Assembly: GCF_006345805.1 (NCBI RefSeq)
Contig: NC_042997.1
Coordinates: forward strand, 104,780,001-104,844,000
Source: Octopus sinensis
Taxonomy: Eukaryota
DNA length: 64,000 bases
Direction: 5' to 3'
Shown here: positions 55,561 through 64,000 of the stretch, piece by piece
Position numbering within the stretch: the first letter of the stretch is position 1
How the letters are laid out: every line of letters begins with the position of its first letter
Translations under genes and position numbers: made by a program
Notes under the pieces: model-generated
Database searches by the model: none
Told to the model about the DNA's origin: nothing
The model's input: the letters and a program-made list of their open reading frames with translations, nothing else

Positions 55561-57009
55561 TAGTCACAGCTGTCGTATATTAAGGTTACGGTTAGTGCAA
55601 TAACATGTTTAGGCCAATGCAGAACGATAAGGTAAAAATCATTGTGAAAAACAATTGAGTCATGCATTTCCTTCAATCAGTTCAGAAGAAAGGTGTATGA
55701 TTATTTTATTACAATCATTTTTATATTCATCAGCTGTTTCACGAAACTAAATTTACTCTTTAGAAACAATGCTTCAGAGGATGGCAATGTTTTCTATGAA
55801 AGTAGATGATTTTATAGATTTATTTGATGTTTGACCTTTTAAATGCTTCTTTATTTCAAAATTATTTTCTTTCACTAAAATCTTTCTAGCATATATATCT
55901 ATATTTCAATGAAGCAAAGTATTACTTATTCTAAGCATTAAACAACTGGTCATGCACTAGTACACACTCTCGCGCATACACACACGTCTACATATACAAT
56001 CATACATATGTGTGTTTGTGCATATGTGTATGTATGAGCTTACATGTGTGTGTGCATATGTGGAGGTGTGAACTTATGTATGTGTGTTTCGTGCAAAATG
56101 TGACACAAATTTATATTCATGATAAAAATATATAGCAGTATGTGTATAAATGCATGTGTGTTAGTGTATGAAATAATTGTACGTGTACAGACATATGAAA
56201 AGACGGATACCTATATGTCTACATATCTGTCTGTGCATGTACAATTTTTGTGGCGCTTTTATATTATATGATACCTCATATAATATGGTCTTCAAAAGAA
56301 GATCCGTAAACACATTAACTCTCACACTGAAAACGATCGTTTATTTAGTAGCTATAAGTAGAAAAACAATATCTTTCATAGGCGCGACGTTCATTGTTTT
56401 CTCAAGAGTATTAATCAATTAGTAAATTAGCGACGTAAGTGAAACTATGGTCTAAGATTAAGAGAAATCCTGACTAATGACTTAGAACTTCCTGTGGGCT
56501 GGTTCAGGCGGCTGACACAACTAACTAGCAATGTTATGGTTACAGAAACAACACGAGGAGACCACGTGTTCATAACTTGCTCGCCTATTTGGAACGTACG
56601 CACACAGACACGCATACACACATTCACATAAAGACACTCACACATGCATGAATATACAGCAAAAGCATACGGATGTGCGCACACATATATATACGCTAAG
56701 TGTGGATGATTCTAAAAATGCAAGGCTAATAATGGAAAATTTTCAATACACATTTAGAAAAAAATATTTGCTTTACAGTGCGACGTAAAATGGTTATTAA
56801 CAAACAGCCTGGAAAAACTAAGTGATAATGGTATCAAAAATATTTCACTGTCAAACAAAAGGTGAAATACTGAGTTAGTGCAGTAGTGCTAATGAAAATT
56901 ATGATACAAGGCCATACGTTGCATGAGAGTCGTTTTTGTTGATCTCCTGTATCGATCTCAGTATATGGATGATCTTTATTCTATGTAATGCGTTGTTCAA
57001 GTTGAGTGA

Positions 57010-57270
57010 AGGCGCATGGCTTAGTGGTTGGAGCGTTAGGCTCACAATCATGAGGTTGTGAGTTCAATTCCTGGACCGGGCTGTGTTCTTCAGCAAGGCA
57101 CTTTATTTCACGTTGCTTCAGTTCACTCAACTGTAGAAATTAGTGGTGCCAAGCTGTATCGGCCCTCACTTTTCCCTTGGATAACAGCGGTCTCGTGGAA
57201 AGGGGAGGCTGATATACATAAGCGACTACTGGTCTTCCATAACCTTACCCGGACTCGTACAAGAAGTACA
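57010..57270 (+). mobile_element. tRNA-derived SINE of a further family
   Basis: ggcgcatggcttagtggtt...gagttcaattcctggaccggg head. A second partial head lies at about 58195-58265. Confidence 0.6.
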
Positions 57271-58899
57271 AGTCAGGGCAAGGTTGTTTATGGAAGTTCT
57301 TTTATTGAAGTTAATGATGGATTTGAACTGACACCTAAAGAGGTATATCTAAATGTTGATCTAAAACGGTAATACAACGCTAGTAATTTTGGTGGAGGCG
57401 CTACGTCTATTGAATAAACCTCAGTGTTCAACTGGTACTCATTTTATCAACACCGAAAGACGAAACATAAAGTCAACCACGGCGGAAATTAAACGCTGAA
57501 CATAAAGATGGACGAAATAACTAAGCATTTTGTCCGGCATGCTAACGAATCTGCCAGTTCTCTGCCTTGAAGCATAATTAAAGATTGGTTTCAAATGTTG
57601 ACAAAAGGCCATCAAGTTCGGGTGAAGGCGTAAATTGATTACATCGACCCCGGGGATCAACTGGTGCTTACGTTATCAACTCCGAAACGATGAGATGTAA
57701 AGTCGACCACGGCGGAATTTGTACTTAGAGCGTAAAGATGGACGAAACGCTGCTAAGAACTTTGTCTGGGATGCTAAAAATTCAGCCATGTCGCAGCATG
57801 AGCATAACTGAATATGTATTCTATCGGTTCTTCCCACTCCACCAGGAAAATAATAATGGATTTTGACTTAGACACAAGGCTGGCAATTTCGAGGAGATGG
57901 GTGGTTGCCGATATCATTGACCTCAGTACGTAAATGGTACTTTATTTTATAGACGCAGAATGGATGGAAGGAAAAGCTGACTTTGGTAGGATTTGAGGTA
58001 AGAACACAAATGCTGCTATTAATTGTGTATAGACCATCTTTATCAACTGGCTACTATGTGCAGTTTTTTTTCTATATCAGAGGTAACGAATGTTCGTTCT
58101 AGCTTATGGCTCTTTCACTGGCTGCTAGTGGGATGAATTTTCATATGTCATGATTTTGTCTTTTTACGGTGCAGTACCGTACGAGATAGTGTATGCGCAT
58201 GACTCAGTGGTTACAGTATCGAGCTCACAATCATGAGGTAGTGAGTTCGATTCACGGACCGATTTGTGTGCTGTGATCATCAATTTTAAACGCAAGCCAT
58301 CCCTAATGTCACACTAAATATAATATATCAACGCATGTAACATACGTAAGAAGCAACAACATTACTGCGCATGTGTGTTGGTGATAAGTTTGTACGAGAT
58401 CTTCCGGAAATCCAGCAATCTCTACAACTTAAACTGATCTCAACATCACAATGAATTCAGATTAAAGACAGAAGTATGTGCCGTAAAATACTGTGCCGGT
58501 TTTGTTTATATGAACATACATGCATACATACATGCATATACACATGCGCGTGTGTATAGTATAATAAAATATATAATGTAATATCATATCATATAAAAGT
58601 ATATGTATATATATATTATGTATATAAATTTAAATTATAAGGGTATAAAATTGAATATTAAATTGATCAAAATCAATTCAAACCAGTAGCCTAGCATATT
58701 GAAAAAATCTGAAGATTCAGAAAAATTATATTACATACATATTACATTATGTATATATTATGTATGTATGTATGTATGTATGTATGTATGTATGTATGTA
58801 TGTATGTATGTATGTATGTATGTATGTTTGTATGTATGTATGTATGTATGTATGTATGTATGTATGTATGTATGTATGTGTGTGTATATATATATATAT

Positions 58900-59085
58900 A
58901 TAACACAATTGCAGCGTGGAAGGTGTTTATAAGCCATTTAAAAATACACCAAAACTGTTAGGTTCACATCAACATTTGAATTCAATTTGCCAAAATATTT
59001 TCATCGCTTTGAGGCCAGGTCGCAGTTTCAAAGCGACGAAGATATTTTGGTAAATTCAATTTAAATGTTGAAGTTAATCTAACGG
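58900..59085. mobile_element. PLE-like fragment with a diverged fold-back inverted repeat
   Basis: 58955-59013 versus about 59027-59085, roughly 85% complementary by eye. The centre contains GTCGC-9nt-GCGAC followed by GAAG/GAAA. Confidence 0.6.
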
Positions 59086-59175
59086 TATTGTGTGCGTTTT
59101 TGTAATTGTGTTTGTTTCAGCACACGATCTCAGATCAGGTCACTTGCTATGCAAGTACATCTCCGTGACATATAC

Positions 59176-59214
<39 letters not shown>

Positions 59215-59329
59215 TGTATATATATATATATGGAGAGAAAAGCAACTAGTTTAAATTCTCTGGGCGAAACATATGTAGCAACAGTACCATATAGTAAAGT
59301 CTATCTGCCAGCGCAAAGTGGTAGTCCTA

Positions 59330-59935
59330 CACAGGACGATCTCACTCGATTTTATCCCCACGAAAGTATCTTTTCCAGCTGGCTACCAACTCATGATATG
59401 TGTCTGTGTACTGTGAGGAAGGGAGTCCACCGCTCCCCATTCTCGGTTTAGAACAACCGCCCGCTAGACGTAGTTGTCACTTGCTCTTGCTCACGATATA
59501 CTTTTATAGCGATATACAGTCGCTGATCTGGGGGGAAAACAACTAGTTTCAAATCTCTGAACAAGAAATATGGGGCTAAGAACTAGTAAAATCGTCTTGT
59601 GTATAACTGCCAGGTGGCGTTGGCAAATAATCTTTACTGTGCGGTACCGTTTCTACATATTTCTCACTCAGAGATTTAAAACCAGATATCAGCGATTGTG
59701 TGTCACTTTAAAAGTATATACTGAGAGCAAGAGCGAGTGACTGCTATACATAGACGGTGGTTGTCCTGTACCGAGGAAGGGAAATTACCCAGAAACCATT
59801 GGTCTACAGGTATCGCTACACCTAGAAAAGGAGTGGTGGACTCCCTTGCTCACAGTATGCGGACACAGATTATGTGTCGGTAGCCAGCTGGAAAAGATGT
59901 TTTCCTCTAGCTAAAATGCAGTAACATCGTCTTGG
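59330..59935. mobile_element. MITE with about 120-bp imperfect TIRs
   Basis: tcttttccagctggctacc...tactgtgaggaagggagtccacc (59385-59430) is inverted at 59835-59898. TA dinucleotides at both outer ends. Confidence 0.65.
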
Positions 59936-60071
59936 TATACACACACACACACACACACATATAGGTGCATATATATGTATATATACATTCATACATACAT
60001 ACACACATACGTATACATATATTTATATACATACATACACATATATATATTTATATACATATATATATATT

Positions 60072-60130
<59 letters not shown>

Positions 60131-60824
60131 TCATATATATACATATTATATATATATCATGTATATATACACATGTATATATATGTATGTATATATATAT
60201 ATATATAAATATATATGTATGTACATATACATATATATGCATCTCTCTCTCCCTCATTCTCCTTTACTCTTCACCCTCTCTCTCTTTATGTATGTATGTA
60301 TGTATGTATGTATGTGTATATATATACGCAAACATACACACACACACACACACGCACACACACATATATACCCATCAGGCATCCCACCCAGATATATATG
60401 TGTATGTATGTATACACGCGCGAATATGTAGGAAAGAACGTGTATTTATTCTCAATTTTAGAGCTCCTTTCTTTTGTTATTTTTCCCTGATGTTTTCAGC
60501 AACAGAAGATTTCCGTTTGTCTTTGATCAGATGGGATCAATAAAATCGCAAGTATAAAAGGCTGGGCGTCTATGAACACATCCGATCCACCGTTTAGCTT
60601 GCTCTCTGGTTAACGACAGCAACAACAGTACTAAGAGTAGTTGCAGTAGCAATGACGATAATTGCTTTATTTGTCATAAGAATAACAAATATACGTGCGC
60701 TCTCGAAATTCTCAGTGCGGATTGGAACATGTACATGAAATGCTATGAACGATGCCAAAATTATCGCGCGCGTATATGTGTGTGTATGTGTGTGTGTATG
60801 TATATGTGTGTGTGTATGTGTGTA

Positions 60825-61060
<236 letters not shown>

Positions 61061-61065
61061 CATAT

Positions 61066-61298
61066 AAGGCGGCGCGCTGGCGGAAACGTTAGCACGCCGG
61101 GCGAAATGCGTAGCCGTATTTCGTCTGTCGTTACGTTCCGAGTTCAAATTCCGCCGAGGTCGACTTTGCATTTCATCCTTTCGGGGTTGATAAATTAAGT
61201 ACCAGTTACGCACTGGAGTCGATGTAATCGACTTGATCTCATTGTCTGTCCTTGTTTGTCCTCTCTGTGTTTAGCACCTAGTGGGCAGTGAAGAAATA
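61066..61298 (+). mobile_element. SINE family C, full-length reference copy
   Basis: aaggcggcgcgctggcggaaacgttagc head, gagttcaaattcc B-box, tttcatcctttcggggttgataaattaagtaccag core (MetaSINE-like by recall). Many diverged copies, e.g. 10545, 21840, 34180, 46930, 57420. Confidence 0.85.
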
Positions 61299-61320
61299 TA
61301 TATATATATGTATGTATATA

Positions 61321-62505
61321 CAAGTTTTGGACAAATTTCAAGCGAATTTATTTTAATATGGGGTAGGACCGCCCTATGGCAGTAATTACAGCTTGAATTC
61401 TACGAGGTATCGACTCGTACAAAATTTGAATTTACTCCAGTGGAGGTTTTGTCCATTCTTCACCTGAAACAGTCTCCAGTTCTTGTAGTGGTGATGCTGG
61501 AGGATATCGCTCCTTACTTGTTTTTCTAAAATGCACCATAAATGTTCAATAATATTGAGATCTGTGGTGGCCAGATAAGATGTTCAACTTCACTAGAATG
61601 TTCTTCGTGCCATTCAATAACAACTTTAGCTATGTGAATTGGTGCGTTATCATCCTGAAAAATTGCTTTTCTCTTCCGCAAACATACGATGAATTTGATC
61701 AGATAAAATGCTTACATAGTCTTGAATATTAATTCTACCATGAAGGAAAACCATTGGGCCGGCGGATTTCCACGATATAGTCCCCCAGATCATCACAGAT
61801 CTTCCTCTACGTTTAACAATTGGAAGATAGCAAATGCTTCTTTTGGTTGTCTCTACACGTATACTTGGCCGGTGGTCGAAATAAGGTAAAGGATGACTCG
61901 TCGAGAAAATAACATTCTTCCACTGCTCTAGGGACCAATTCTGTAGGCTTTTACTCCACTATAAACGTTTTGCAACGTTTGTTTTTGGAAGTAGTGCTTT
62001 TCTGATTGCAGCTCCTGTGAAATCCGGCTTTGTGAACAGTTTTTGTGGAAACTGGGTTTTCGAGGTCGTCATTATGCTCCGCACTAATTTTTGGAGTTGT
62101 ACTTTAGTGATCCTCTCTAACAATTCGCGTAAGCGTCCGACGGTCCCAATCTGAAAGTTTTGGTTTTCTTCCGGAGTTCTCTTTTGACGAGCAGGTTTTT
62201 CCCTCTTTCTCAAAGGCTGCCATTACTTTCGAGACAGTACTTCTTGATACATCAAATATTTCGGCTGTTTTCGTTACACTAGCGCCTGCCATACGAGCAC
62301 TAACAATTTGACCTCTTTGAAAGTCCGATAGATCTGTCAAATGAATTTTAATAACCCTTTTCTGATGATATCTGAAAAGAAACAGAAATTTTGCAAAACA
62401 TATTAAGTAACACTAATCATAATTTTTTTTAAAAAGAAATAAACAAGTATTTCATGGTTTTATAGATATTTCAAAATTGTGATGCTATGTTGCTAGGTTT
62501 TTCCC

Positions 62506-62510
<5 letters not shown>
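61321..62510 (-). mobile_element. Tc1-family transposon, decayed and internally deleted
   Basis: N-terminus MTDLSDFQRGQIVSARMAG...GRKPKLSDWDRRTLTRIV (62104-62340); catalytic region IFQDDNAPIH...WPPQ...NIIEHLW. TIRs not resolved. Confidence 0.85.
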
Positions 62511-62560
<50 letters not shown>

Positions 62561-62562
62561 TG

Positions 62563-62638
<76 letters not shown>

Positions 62639-62779
62639 TATAGATAGATAGATAGATAGATAGATGATACAACTTAGTGGTTTATCAAACATTGACTGAG
62701 GCTTGGGCTTATGTGCGATATACATCACAAGTTCTTTATCACTGCAGACAATATAAACAGAATGAATAAACAGAATAAA

Positions 62780-63700
62780 TAGACTGCCGGCAGAGAGGTT
62801 CTAAGAGCCAAACGCGTCGTGTTCGACGCGCGGGAGCTACAGGTATGGGACAAAAATAAGGTAGTCAAACATGTATCGGCGGGGAAGATATAAGTAACAG
62901 ACGATGAGTTAGCCGGCCTAAAGATGAATACTGGTGTAGAATCGGTAAGTCTAGAATCGAATAAAGTAGAGGTAGAAAGTATGAAGATGAACTGAGAGCA
63001 TGTATATAGGTAAAAAAAGTCGTGAGTATTAGAAAGGACTTCAAAGCTAATGTCTTAACTATGAGAATACTTCTCCCCAGACTCTTCGACACTACGCTCG
63101 TAGTGTACTTTATCCGAATTTGTCCGAAATTTGACAAGTGCGCCAAGGTATGACGTAGTAAAACACTCGATGCGCTCTTGAGGGAAGACAAGTAACGTAA
63201 ATACCGAACAACCATACACCCTTTGAAAGACTGCATTAAACTGCGTATATCTGATTCCAGGCAGATAGGTATATATGACTTTTCAACGGCACTTCCCGAA
63301 CTTGCTATGAGGCACCCAAAATTAAAGACTGCGTTTTCGAAATCTTGGATAACTCTATGTCGCGAAAGGCAGTGCAAATATTCGATGTCATCTAAAATGA
63401 CAGGCGGTATGTCCTGACATTACGATAAGTCAACGGGAGTGAACCTACACACATATGCATATTCAATCATGGGATTGTTGGCCCTTTTGCCAAGCTGGAT
63501 ATTAAGAAAGCATCGTGAAATAACCCAGCGAAGTGAGCTGGTACAAGGAATACTTACCAAATGTCTCAAAGAATGACAAGATGACTACGTTCTGGGAAAT
63601 TCAAACTAATAAGAATAAGGAGATCAGGCAACTCATCTAATTCAGTGGTTCTGAGTCAGTTTTTACTTATGGACAACTTTAATGCCTATTTTAACGCTAC
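62780..63700 (-). mobile_element. Possible decayed Penelope-like element
   Basis: Minus-strand VILDDIEYL precedes ORF 62865-63377. Degenerate hammerhead-like motifs (caaac-gc-gtc, caaac-atgt-atc) occur at 62809-62880 but on the + strand. Weak. Confidence 0.3.
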
Positions 63701-64000
63701 TGGACTGATAGAGCCATTTGCTGTATATAAAAGGATCTTATTGTAATTTTGTAATTAAATATTATTCGAAATTGCATAAAAATTAGAATATTTTGTGCAT
63801 TGTATAAGTATAATGAATTTATTGAACACAAATTTTAACAACAAAATCATAGATGGACCTTCAAAGGCATATGAAGCAATGACTGTATGAACCCCAGTTG
63901 AGAGGATCTGGTGTATATAATTATTGTTAGCGTCCATAAAACTCATAAATGTCTCGCTACTGTTGTATCAGCTCTACCGTTTAAGATATATCTAAAAGAA

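Overview
AT-rich, microsatellite-dense eukaryotic DNA. The SINE and LINE families look like octopus (coleoid cephalopod) repeats; this is recognition from memory, not a database search. I found no intact host protein-coding gene, and most ORFs in the track are translated simple repeats. The window is a mosaic of three tRNA-derived SINE families and decayed transposons: Penelope-like (PLE), L1/Tx1, CR1, RTE, R4/Dong-like and CRE-like retroelements, two Tc1 elements, one mariner, Helitrons and MITEs. The most interesting pattern is three unrelated fold-back palindromes (31323-31761, 51033-51211, 58955-59085). Each carries the 3' half of a hammerhead-ribozyme-like core, with the fold-back point at the predicted stem II, which suggests a recurrent snap-back step during PLE-type reverse transcription. 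Other leads are a 96-nt pre-miRNA-like hairpin in a transposon-poor block, a SINE carrying a LINE zinc-knuckle fragment, a 40-bp templated duplication, and possible non-coding exons of a minus-strand host gene.
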